DNA of 63,641 nucleotides, counting the filler, from Octopus bimaculoides (taxonomy: Eukaryota): the NCBI RefSeq assembly GCF_001194135.2. It is 8 parts of 8 records of this genome, joined end to end, with 100 filler letters (N's around TTAATTAATTAA, not from the genome) between each part and the next. Parts side by side here need not be neighbours in the genome. Positions count along the whole stretch, not along the records: positions 1 to 18,784 come from NC_068985.1; 7 more parts are not named here. One strand, given 5' to 3'. Made by a program: the position numbers and the translations under genes. Shown piece after piece: positions 1 to 11,339 of the stretch. The notes beneath the pieces were generated by a model that searched no databases, had not been told where the DNA came from, and saw only the letters and a list, made by a program, of their open reading frames with translations. The stretch's first letter is position 1; each line of letters begins with the position of its first letter.

Positions 1-534
1 TAATCTATGACGTTGTATGTATCACTTTCTCTCTCTCTCTCCCTCTCCCTCTTTAACTCTTACTCTCTATATTTTTATGTTGAGCGCGTGTGTAAGAATG
101 ACGTTCCAGGTAGAAGGGATGAAATATAAAAGTTGCTAGAAACAACAGCCAAATCTCCCTTAAATCACACAAAGTAAACGGAATTTTAAAAATCTAATTA
201 CTGCACTGGAAAGTTCACATCGAGAAAATTCCATTGATGTAAAAAAATTTACGAAAAAGTGGAAAATGTGGATTTCTATAAACATTCAAAAAGGCTTCAC
301 ACAAACACACAACTTCAGATTTATATATTAAGATAAGAGAAAAACTGAATATGAAACAGAGACTGGCCCAAACTGAAGGCCCTATGACATGACGGTAAAA
401 AACAAAATCTGTCACTACAATTTAAAAACAAATCAACATCAACATCTTCATTACAAGACAAGTTTCACTCTCGGGTAAGTCTTTCACTGTTGTTTAGAAG
501 AGCAACATTGAATTTAATAAAAAATAACAACTAA

Positions 535-1580
535 TTAATCAATAATGTATTCACCCTTATTGTTTACGACTTCTTCCCAACGTTCAACAAGATTTTCAAT
601 ATCTCGTGGGTAGAAATCACCTGATTTCGACTCGAAAAATTGATCCAACCAAGCTCTCAATTCTGCATCAGTATTGAACGAAACTCCGCGCATAGCATTT
701 GAAAGAGATCGAAAGAAGTGGAAATCCGTTGGTGCCAAATCAGGAGAGTACGGCGGGTGTGGCAGCACTTCCCAGCCATGCGTTTGAATGGCTTCCTTGG
801 TCATATTGGCGATATGAGGGCGGATGTCGTCGTGTAGCAGAAGAACTCCATGCTGCCGATTAGGTCTTTTCTCTTGAATAGCCATGTTGAGTCGTTCCAT
901 CTGTTGAACATAGAGTTCCGCGTTGACCGTTTGGTTCCGTTCAAGCAATTCGTAATGGATAATCCCTTCCCAGTCCCACTTTGCGCACAACATAGTTTTA
1001 CGCGGATGAAGGTCTTGTTTCACGCGTGATGTCGCTTGTTTACAGCGGCTAAGCCATTCCTTACGCTGCTTCATATTGATGTACAGGCACCATTTTTCGT
1101 CGCCAGTAACGATTCGGTGAAGAAATCGTTGCTTATGTCCATGAGTTGAGCGGTGACGAGCAAGCAAACCAGCGGAGATTGTGGTTCGTTGATTTTTTGT
1201 TGTCACTTAAAGCATGCGGAACCCATGCTCCATAATTCTGAACCTTTCCCATCGACTGAAGATGCTTTTCTATAGTAGTGTGAGAGCATTCCATTTTCTC
1301 TGCCAGTTCCCTTGTCGTTTCACGAAAATTTTTGTGCAAAATTTGGTTTAATCGCTCTTCATCGAACTCAACTGGACGGCCAGAACGAGGTGCGTCTATG
1401 AGGTAAACACTTCCATTTTTGAACTTGGCATACCAATCACGAGCGGTTCTTTCAGCAATGGCACTCTCCCCATACACAGCACAAATGTCATGAGCAGCTT
1501 TTACGGCCTTAGAACCTTGATTAAAAGCAAAACGAAGGAGGTGTTAAAAATGCTCGTTTTTCTTTAACTTGTGTGACGGA
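535..1580 (-). mobile_element. Mariner (DD34D-type) transposase, frameshifted, with an N-terminal stop
   Basis: ORFs 1133-1477 and 535-1206 give GAWVPHAL, IVTGDEKW, LLHDDIRPH and HPPYSPDLAPTDFHFF. TIRs not recognised. Confidence 0.92.
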
Positions 1581-2439
1581 CGGAGGTGAGTACTGTATCT
1601 TATTTACAATGCTTTTGGTTTGTAAGATATAATAAATATTATTATATCTTAAGTAAGAAGCTATGATGGTAAACTCGTCACTTATAACTTAATTATAAGT
1701 ATTTATCACCATGCATAACTCTTAATTCAGGCTGCGTAAATGTTATAATGAATTATACACATCAAGACGCTGAACGTGCGTTTTATGCGTGCATGTATGT
1801 TGAAGATATGGATTCGTATTCTTTTAACCGTTACATAAAAAAAGTAGACAGTTTCATAAATACAGAAATAAATTTAACAAGTTGAAAGAACGTGAAGTAA
1901 AAGAAAATAATTTCTACATTAGTTTATTTACGTATATAAGTATTAATGGAAAGTTAACATTTTGTCGTAATTATTATAACTTAAAATCTGTACTAACGTT
2001 CACAACAATTCAATCTTGTTGGATTTGAGTAATAAACATGACATAAAGATTAGCCAATACTCAAAAGAGTGAGTGTCGTGGATTTGAGTGAAAACCAACG
2101 ATCACTGGAGAGTGGGTATCGTGGATTTGAGTGACAATCAACGATCACTGAATAATTCCCCAAAAATCAGGGTTTTTATAACTGCTCATACACGAATTCT
2201 AAGAACCGTACTTCGTGAAAGATTTTTTTAACGAAAGTTTAGAATTCGTATATGGGCAGTGATTTTTAACCAATGAGAAATCAACAATTTCTCCTGTTCG
2301 GGCAAACGAACCTATGTTCTCTCTCAGCCTCTTATGAGTTTGCTACACTTGACATACCATTTTAATGATCTGAAAATAAACAAAAATTAACTAAAATTAA
2401 CTAGAAAAAAAAAAAAAAATCCAAAATGATTCAAAACTA

Positions 2440-3930
2440 GAATTCTCGAAAAAAATAGATTCTAAAATTTAAAAACGCAGTAAATTCCAAAATTAAAAAG
2501 AATGGCGGGAACTTAGTTGCCAACCCAATAATTATTAACAAAAACATTGCAACAAGTGGAGAAGGTTTTGCGGAACTCCTCCCGAAAATTCCACCGGACA
2601 GGATGTTAATCTGAACAGATACGGATATGTATCTGGATTTGAAACAGAAATTCCCAAGGACATTCGAGGGTTTAGTAAGTACTACCCACCCCCGCAAAAA
2701 AAAAACCTCCTAGAAAAACCCTCCCCACTCCTCCCTCGATCAAAAAGAAGACTATGTCAACAGTCATCCCTGAAGACCAAGGTATGTAACTCCATTTTTA
2801 CCCTCTAAGTTAAATGACTACACTTAGAGCTGCCTGTGTAAATAATGTTCGGGGCATGGGTTCAATTTCGAAGGAGGGTTACCTGCTCAACGATCTCAGG
2901 TCCCTAAATTTAGATGTGACAGCTATTAATGAGACGAGAATTGCCGGGAAACATGCTCTTGCATCCATTTTCGAAGACTACGAGGTATTCTCGTCTTATG
3001 GTCTGTTGGGAGCGGGTAGCAGTGTAGCAGTGTTATTCTGAAAATCTTTAGGTCTCAAAGTAAGGGCAATCTTCATGGAACCGGACGATAGGTTGGCAGT
3101 CCTAGATGTGAATGGCGGTGAAGGTGGAACCTTTAGATTGGTGGCCGTGTATGCTCCGACAGGGGCTGAGAGGCCAGATTTCTTCAGGCATCTAGAAACA
3201 TTCCTGGGAACGTCTCGTACTTTAGTACAAGTGGGGGGCTGGAATAGTATTTTGGACGTGCAGAAGGACTGTATGGGTCTTGTACATAGAAGAAGTGGGT
3301 GTAAAAGCCTCGAAAACCTGCTCAGAAACTTCCTGCTCTCTGACAGGTATCAGTTGGATTTCCCTGATGTGCCAGTGTGGGCATAGAGCAATCACATTGG
3401 GTCATCCAGATCGTATCTAGATAGAGTATTTGTTAGGTCAGTGGATAAGGATAGCATAGGTGACCACGATTCAAATTGGTCGGTTACACAGACCACAAAT
3501 TTGTGATCAGCACAGTCGATTTAGATAAGGCGCGTAGACAGGGATCCGGTTACTGGAAGTTCAACACGTCCTTTCCGGCACGCAAGGACTACAGGGACCA
3601 GATTAGCGAACTAGTTAAGTGGCAGATAACGGGGGAAATCGTCAACAACCGGTGTCGGATAGCCCCGAAGAGGGCGATTAGTGCAGAATCGATAGAGTTT
3701 AGCTAAGAGTTATTAATGGAAAGTAATAAATTAGAGAGAGAACTAGTGCGTAAACTAGAAAAGGCGATTAGTGTTAGCGGCGAGAATGGCTCTTGACCAT
3801 TTCTTTGAGGCGAAACACAAAGGTTGTGTTGTCAGAGCTAAGGCCCGTGCGCTAATACATGAGGGAACTAAAGCCGTCCGATGGGCTCGAACGGTGGAGA
3901 CGCAACGTGGCAACAAAACTATGATCGGTA
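2440..3930 (+). mobile_element. Tx1/L1-like non-LTR retrotransposon remnant (ORF1 end plus ORF2 APE endonuclease)
   Basis: NNVRG...DVTAINETRI, FRLVAVYAPT, GGWNSILD, YTDHKFV and GSGYWKFNTS motifs across broken frames; cut off by a SINE near 3935. Confidence 0.85.
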
Positions 3931-3934
3931 CTTA

Positions 3935-4270
3935 GTTTATCCATCCCGAAAGGCAAAAACAACCTCGCCGGAATTTGAACTCATAAGGTAAAACTGGAAG
4001 AAATGCTGTGAAGCATTTTGTCCGGCGTGCAAACGTTTCTTCCGGCTCGCCGGTACGAGTCACGCAATTTTAGAGGGAGAGGGTTAGTCGATTACATCGA
4101 TCCTATAGCTTAACTGATACTTATTTTATCGACTCCGAAAGGTTGAAGAGCAAAGTTGACGGCGGGAATTTAGCTCAAGAGTAACATAAGCTTATCGTAT
4201 ACAGTGCTCAGGTGCATTACAACTCATCGGAGAAAGATGAAAGTCAAAGTTTACCTTGGCGAGATTTGAG
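3935..4270 (-). mobile_element. Nested fragments of tRNA-derived SINE family C
   Basis: Recurrent gtcgattacatcgaccccag...ctggtacttattttatcgaccccgaaagg...gaatttgaactc, also at 9590-9765, 28395-28500, 29320-29460, 33548-33745, 47037-47292, 56150-56325 and 58927-59740. Confidence 0.75.
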
Positions 4271-4371
4271 CTCATGATATAGAGAACTCGGAACAAATGC
4301 CGGAAAGCATTTTTAGAATACATTTTAACGACGGGTTATATTGGCAATTGCATTTAAGTATTTTGTTGCTG

Positions 4372-4697
4372 GCACTCCAGTTGATCCGATTAACGGAACA
4401 GCCTGCTCGTGAAATTAACGTGCAAGTTGCTGAGCACTCCACAGACACGTAGTTCACGGGGATATTCAGCGTGACACAGTGTGACAAGGCTGACCCTTTG
4501 AATTACAGGCACAACAGAAGCAGGAAGTAAGAGTGAGAGAAAGTTGTGGTGGAAGAGTACAGCAGGGTTTGCCACCATCCCCTGCCGGAGCCTCGTGGAG
4601 CTTTAGGTGTTTTCGCTCAATAAACACTCACGACGCCCGGTCTGGGAATCGAAACCGCGAGTCCGCTGCCCTAACCACTGGGCCATTGCGCCTCCAC
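4372..4697 (-). mobile_element. tRNA-derived SINE family A
   Basis: Near-identical to 12658-13021 and to the reverse complement of 49846-50178. Confidence 0.9.
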
Positions 4698-4778
4698 GCA
4701 TTTAAGTATTTTAGGTATAAACACAGAATGACTTAAAAACTCATGTTAACATCTAAATTTGAAGATAAAATGAAAACA

Positions 4779-4822
<44 letters not shown>

Positions 4823-5860
4823 CTAACCATGAATATAAAACTGTTTAGAAAAATATGTTAAGCTAAAAAATAACTTCGTTTTCTTTACGTTTTTGTTTCG
4901 ATATTAACTGCATAAAATACTTTTATAATATTTCTTTGTCAGAACATTATTTAAGATGAGTTTCTATTTTAGTTCATTTTCCTCAGACCATCAGTAATTC
5001 AAAATTATTGATCTCTAACAGTCTAACTTGGGTACAAGACCACACATTTGGGGATTTGTAACTGTGTAGTTAACTGGTATCAATTTTATTGACCCAAGAC
5101 AACAAAGTTAACCTTGGGAAAATTCGAACTCGAATTTAAATAGCCGTAAATGGAAATAGTTATAACGAATCCGTTAATCTATCGATGATATTAGCTTCAA
5201 ATTTTTCTGACTTCACTCATTTAACATCCCCATCATCTCCGAGAAGAGTATGGAAAAACTAGATACGTTCACCTTACCCAGGACTAATTGATACAAATTA
5301 AAAATGAGTAAGACATCTAAAGAAACATATTTAGGTTGAGGTTGATAGTGGTGATGAAGAAACAGAAGTTAAGAAAATAAACTGGTTGCTTATTTACCTG
5401 AGATCTGGAGATTAAGCGCCTTTTCCGTCGAGATGACCTTACCCCATTGTCAGCCTTCGCTGTATTCTTAGAAACAAAACTTTTAGTGAAGAATGACAAT
5501 GGCATCGTTAAATAAAATGTTGATGCTCGATTTAAAGAGTCGTTAGTTTATATATCTCGCTCTCAATAACTCTGCTAATTCCTATCCTCTGTCCTGGTGT
5601 AAGTCCCGAAAACCTACCTGGTATGCTAAATAAATAAAATATAAGGAAATAGAAATGAAATGTCTAACTTTACGGCAAGTCAAAGAGTACTTTCGGTAGT
5701 TTTTCTCAAATTCACTAAAAGGATTTTACAAATAAAATCCTTTTAGCGAATAGATTAGAACAGGATATCAACATTTGTCTGTTTAATTAATATCTAAACC
5801 TAAGCAGAAATCATGAAACAGTATAACACTTGTCTCCCTTGTTTCTTGTTGTGCTCCTCT

Positions 5861-5874
5861 GTTGTCATGGTAAC
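5861..5874. promoter_or_regulatory. RFX X-box motif GTTGTCATGGTAAC
   Basis: Matches the X-box consensus GTHNYY-AT-RRNAAC; lies in a locally CpG-rich segment. Confidence 0.45.
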
Positions 5875-6369
5875 GGCTCATTACTCTTCGCTTTTAGAAA
5901 TAACGTATACCTTAATACAGTGCTCCATAAAGAAAATACTGTAGAAAAAATGTCGATCGCAGCTGCGATTAAATAACAGTTTAATAATTTCTAATGGGCA
6001 TAACACTTTTCCATTCTTTTATTACTTATATTGATTTAAAAAAAAATCAATATTGTTTATTTTTCAACGTGTCCACTAAGGAGAAACCGTTCCCAGTTTT
6101 TGAGCGACATTTTAATTATTGATCTCGGAGAGATGAAAGGCAAAGGTGGCCTTGACGGGATTTGAATTCAGAGCACAGTGCCGGGGAAAAAAATACTACA
6201 AGTAATTCTATGCTATGTAAACATAAATTTATAATCTCCACAAACCCATATTTTCCATAATTCTGTATTCCCTATTTAGTGATCAATCAACCGAGTCAGT
6301 AGAGTGCTGGACAAAATACCTTGTGCTTCGATTAATAAATTACCAGCCCAATACTGTATTCGATTCTCC

Positions 6370-6700
6370 TCATTTCACCAGTAGGAATCCAGTTGGTTGA
6401 ACAACTGAATGCTCATCGTCGAGACCAATGGAGAATCCATGACATGACTACTTCCCTAATACTATGTGTCCTCGCTATTCTATACTCTCGGAAATTCCCT
6501 CATAATTCTTCTCTTCACAATGTATATATTTTTTCCAGATTTTTTCTTATCTCCAATCTGGAGCCTTGAAATACTCCAGCCCAGATCCCACACCTATGAA
6601 TTCCCTATTTACTTTTCTCTTCCTCTCATCACCTCTGTACTGTTTCACCACCCCACACTCACCAATACCCCCAGAATGTCAGATCTCTTGATTTCACATC
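6370..6700 (+). mobile_element. Degenerate CR1/Jockey-like LINE endonuclease-region fragment
   Basis: QLVEQLNAHRRDQW...SLILCVL resembles the APE C-terminal region; heavily decayed. Confidence 0.4.
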
Positions 6701-7135
6701 CTATTTATGTTCTACCTGCACAGTGTTTACTTGCAAAATTTTAAGAGGAACATTGATGGTGTCAAACCCACTGGTCTAGGAGAGCCTGCATAAGCTGTGA
6801 GTACTGTCCCTTTCTTCAAACCTAGCAAGCAAAAATTATAAAAATAATAAGATATAACTGTCCCTTTACCTCCTGTCTCCCTGTCACTCTCTATGTACAA
6901 GAAAGAACAAGGTGTTGTTTGAATATCACTTCTGGTAACATTAATATGACTGCTGACCAAGGTGTCTTCAAATTTGTGGTTTTTCAAGCCACTTTATAGA
7001 CAACCTATTGGTTTAAGTCACATTACATTACACACCTTCCTTCCAAGCACTTCTGTAAACAGCAAAAGTGAGCATGAACAGCAAAATTTAAGGTCAATCT
7101 GTACCAAGCAGCTTCACACTGCATGCTTTAGCTTC

Positions 7136-7149
7136 GTTACTATAGCAAC
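7136..7149. promoter_or_regulatory. RFX X-box motif GTTACTATAGCAAC
   Basis: Near-perfect palindromic X-box consensus match. Confidence 0.45.
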
Positions 7150-7950
7150 AGTCTGGATACTTATTGATCAGACCATGTATAATAGTTAAAACACTTCAAA
7201 ACTGTGATTATCCAAGTAATTAAGAGGGGTAAAAAAAAATCTTACTTGAAGAGTTTATGTCAATAATAATAAACACACATGGTGGTTCAATATAATTTCT
7301 TTCTTGTTAGTTAATTGGTTAAATATCTAACCAACTAATTAATCAATCATTTGTTTCTATCTAGAAATCAAAGGAAACAACTACTATTCACTTCAAACTT
7401 TGCTTTTGTGGACATCAATGTTTTGAAACTGAGCTATTTTCCATTACATTTCAGACAGATTCAATGCTGAGTTGTTGAAACAGAAATATTATAGCAAATA
7501 TTCTGCTCAATACCACAGACTTGCTTGTCGACTGACAATATGTGTATCTCTGATCACGAGCAGGGGTAATGAGAGGGCATCACAACCATGCGTTGAGAGG
7601 GATTCTTTGAGGTTTGAATAAATGTTATAAAAGCAAAGTTTGAAGGAAATATTAGCCATTTTTCATACTTTCTATGGGTAAGCAAATAGGAAAATGTTAC
7701 TACCCAAGGATAAAAATCGTGTTACAGTGTTATTATTGCATAATATGAGTTAATTTTTAGTTAATAATTTATTGTTATTTCATCAAAGTTGAAAGCTTAC
7801 CAAGTTACTGTGATGTCCCAATTAAAAAAAACAACAAAACATTAAATTCAATTGTACTTAAAATTAAATGCAGTGAGACAAAAAGAACTTTCACTAGCCT
7901 TTATGAAAATTGGCTAGACAAGGGAGAGAACTCCAAACTTCAAATAGATT

Positions 7951-8365
7951 GAAATTATTTACATTTGACGGATATCTTGTCTGTTAACACAACGTTTAAG
8001 CTGATATACCCCCTCCAGCCTTCAAGTGGCTTGGGGAAAATTCGAACCTGGGTTCTCATTCCTAAGGTATTTTTCGATATTATTATTATTATTATTCAGG
8101 TCACTGCCTGGAATCGAACTCGAAATCTTGGGGTTAGTAGCCCGCGCTCTTAACCCCAAGAATCCAAGTTCGATTCCAGGCAGTGACTTGAATAATAATA
8201 ATATCGAAAAATACCTTAGGAATGAGAACCAAGGTTCGAAATTTCCCCAAGACACCTGAAGGGTATATCAGCCGAAACGTTGTGTTAACAACAAACAAGA
8301 TGAGGACAAATATCCATCAAATGTAAATAATGTACATAATTCCTCATCTCTTAAATATAGAACTG
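7951..8365. mobile_element. Palindromic head-to-head dimer of a tRNA-headed element with a PLE-type hammerhead tail
   Basis: 7951-8152 is the reverse complement of 8150-8330. B-box GTTCGATTCC in both arms; tail ...GGTATATCAGCCGAAACGTTGTGTT. Confidence 0.85.
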
Positions 8366-8464
8366 GATTGAAATTGTTTGGTATAATAGACATGACAGTT
8401 GTTAAGTATAACTTATAAATATCATTACCTTCACTGAGACTTTATTACACTGACTTTTAAACCC

Positions 8465-8625
8465 TTTATATATCTTTTACTGTAAATATCTTAATCTATG
8501 CATACTTTACTGTATTAACCTTAATATATGTATCCTTTACTGTAATCCACATATCCTTTACTACATTTACCTTAATCCATATATCCTTTACCACATTTAC
8601 TTTAATCCATAAATCCTTTAGCTTT
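8465..8625 (+). repeat. Degenerate ~30-bp minisatellite (atatcctttactacatttaccttaatccat)
   Basis: About five imperfect tandem units visible. Confidence 0.7.
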
Positions 8626-8639
8626 ACGTTTACCATAGC

Positions 8640-8950
8640 ATCTCATCACTTGCATTCCATTGTGAGCTTCAGCTTCCAGAGATTAGCCTTCACCTCCCCT
8701 CCATAGGTTCCTTCTAGATGAATCTTCTGGTACTTCTTCACTTGTCATAATCCATATGCATTACATAGCCATTGTTCTTGCATTACAACTGATTTATTTT
8801 ACATCCAGTTTTTCTCTCAGCTCATTTGTACTACATCATCATGCACACTGATTTTATACATCAGTGGCTCAGGCTTACTTTGTTCCCCCTTCCCCAACTT
8901 TTGCCTATCCTCTGCATTGTGACCATGGCTCACTAACATGTAGCATCAAA
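8640..8950 (-). mobile_element. RTE-clade LINE 3' coding remnant
   Basis: Minus strand reads STNELREKLDVK...IHLEGTYG, like the RTE C-terminus at 11455. Confidence 0.45.
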
Positions 8951-10042
8951 ATTTGTAAACACGAATCAATGACATTTATCAAATAAGACAAAAATGATAA
9001 TTTTAAAATTACATTTTCAATAAATTTGTTTTATTTACAAGTTATAAACAAAGTGATTTCTTCAAACAGCTTAAGAATATTATTTACAATTCTCAAATGC
9101 TCGGATATATTTTTGATAAAAAACATAATGGAACATAACCACAATTCCTGACGTCAGTTCCTAAACATTAGAGTTCTACAGACATTAGTTCAAAGAAATA
9201 ATGGTGAATTATTCTAAATATTGCTATAGTGTATCTGACAGGATTTCTCTCAATCTTTAAGGTATACATAAGAGTGTATTGTAGAGATATTGCAGAGCTG
9301 TGTTATAGAGATGGAGGTTAAAGAGCTGTAGAGGTATGGAGCTGAGACAGTAGTGATGGAGGTTGTCATACAGCTCTACTATGACATCAAAGATGTGACA
9401 GTAATGATAGAGATCAGACATTGGAGAAAGCTCTACTCTAACAAGAGGACTCTAAAGCAACATATGGCATCATTGTTTGGTAGACGAGTGAATATGTTCA
9501 ACTGCATTGACTTCTGTTAAAGGGATTGGCAGCTTTGTACAGCAGGAGCTGATAGTTTAATTCCATAGTGATCATCAAAATAATATTGGTTTCAAATTTG
9601 GGCACAAGGCCAGCAATTCAAGGATAGAGGCTAAGTCAATTACATTGACCCCAGTGCTCAACTGGTACTTTATTGATCTTGGCGGTATTTGAATCCACAG
9701 ACGAAATGCAGTTAAGCCTTTTGCTTGAAGTGCTAATGATTTTGCCAGCTCACTGCTTTACCCATCAAATGAATATTAATGGTTTCAGCTGATTAAGTAG
9801 CACAAGGCTACTTAATCAGGAGAAGATATATAATAGACTTAATCAATCCTCGTCCATTACAATTACTGACATTCCTATTAGTACTCGAGGATTGATAGGC
9901 TAAGTTAAGTTTAGCAAGATATGAACCCAGGACAATATGATATCAAACTACACAAAAAGTTTTATCCACTTTGGTATTTTTTCCATGTCATCAATTTGAC
10001 TTCTATTTAATTTGCCTTTTTTTTTATATTCGTCTGTTTTCA

Positions 10043-10048
10043 TTTATT
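10043..10048 (-). promoter_or_regulatory. Candidate POLE polyadenylation signal (AATAAA)
   Basis: tttatt on + strand ~490 nt downstream of the stop. Another candidate lies near 9033; cannot discriminate. Confidence 0.3.
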
Positions 10049-10536
10049 TTTAATACCAGCATAGGTTGAATAAATACATATTACTGAGGTGTTGTTTTTA
10101 CAGCTGGAGGTTTTTCTCATTAACCTGTACCTGTTTTTCAAGAAAGAGCCTTTTCATTCAACTCACCTTGGAAAATACTAACAATTTGTTGTTAATGAAA
10201 AACAATACCACACCATCCATAGCTCAGCTAAGTGCAGAATGTAAATATTAACATAAACATATGTGTGTCAATACAACACACACATGCAAGAGGCATTGTA
10301 CAATTTGTCATTTCACATTCACTCAGAAAACATTTATATAAAAAAAAAAAATCAATCCAATCTTTTGAATCTTAGAAATAGAGACAGCACATTCTATGCC
10401 AAAACATTGAAAGAAAAGTTCTAAATAACAGATCTCAGAAGCCAAAATAAATAATGAAATAAATGATTCTTAGAATGCATATCCTCCTCTCACACTTCTC
10501 TCTTTCTCTCTCTCAGACTTCATCGTGAATACTGAA

Positions 10537-10609
10537 TTAGCTGTTCAAAGAATCATTCATCTTCAGGATCCATGTAACTGTTTCTAGAAGCAGCTGCATA
10601 TTATAATGT
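10537..10609 (-). CDS. POLE: POLE last coding exon: HYNMQLLLETVTWILKMNDSLNS*
   Basis: Acceptor aattgcag|A completes CAA; stop TAA at 10539-10537. Resembles the POLE C-terminus HYGM..LLET..W.L (from recall). Confidence 0.95.
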
Positions 10610-11339
10610 CTGCAATTAATAAAGAAAGGAAAACCAATTAGATTTGTATGAATTATATAAAAATGGTTGACATTTTTTTCTGTCATTATTTACATATTTC
10701 TTCTCTGTTGTTATAAATTTAGGTTTAGAGGAAGCCCCAAGACAACATGGGAAGAAGTATTGAAGGCCAATCTCAAGACACTGAGCTTTACAAATGAGAT
10801 GACTTAGGACTGAGATATCTAGTACATTGCTGTACTCAAGAAGAGCCATGCACCACAGCAGAACCGATACCAGTGCTGCTGCCACATAAAAAGCACTCGT
10901 GCTGGTGTCATATTAAAAACACTGGTGTTGGTGCCACATAAAAAGCACCCAGTACAGTTTATGGAAAGTGTTGGTGTTGGGAAGGGCAACCAGCCATAGA
11001 AACGATGCCAGAACAAACATTGGAGCCTGGTGCAGCCCCTGGCATCACCAGCTCCAGTCAAACTGTCCAATCCACACCAGCATAGAAACAGATGTTAAAT
11101 GGTGATGATGACATTGAGAAGATACAAGCTGTACTAGTTTAGAGACCACAACCACTAACTCACAGACATGCTGTTTCCTCTCTTTGCCTCTTGTACCACA
11201 GCTACAACAGCCTCTGTTTCTCTAAACTAGAAAGTTGCATACTGCCACCACCAAGTGTGATGAGACTATGGATGATTAACTTGAACAGCACTGACCAACT
11301 GACCAAGTTGATAAGTACTGGATGATTGATCAAGTGCAA

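Noticed and set aside
2067-2150. CRISPR-like array
   Set aside because: Only two adjacent units, no unique spacers, eukaryotic context and no cas genes.
6727-6987. Minus-strand 86-aa ORF with splice-like signals
   Set aside because: No recognisable homology; it would need a 48-nt intron and conflicts with plus-strand signals.
11257-11305. C/D snoRNA-like GTGATGA...CTGA
   Set aside because: Too short, no terminal stem, and antisense to the host POLE transcript.
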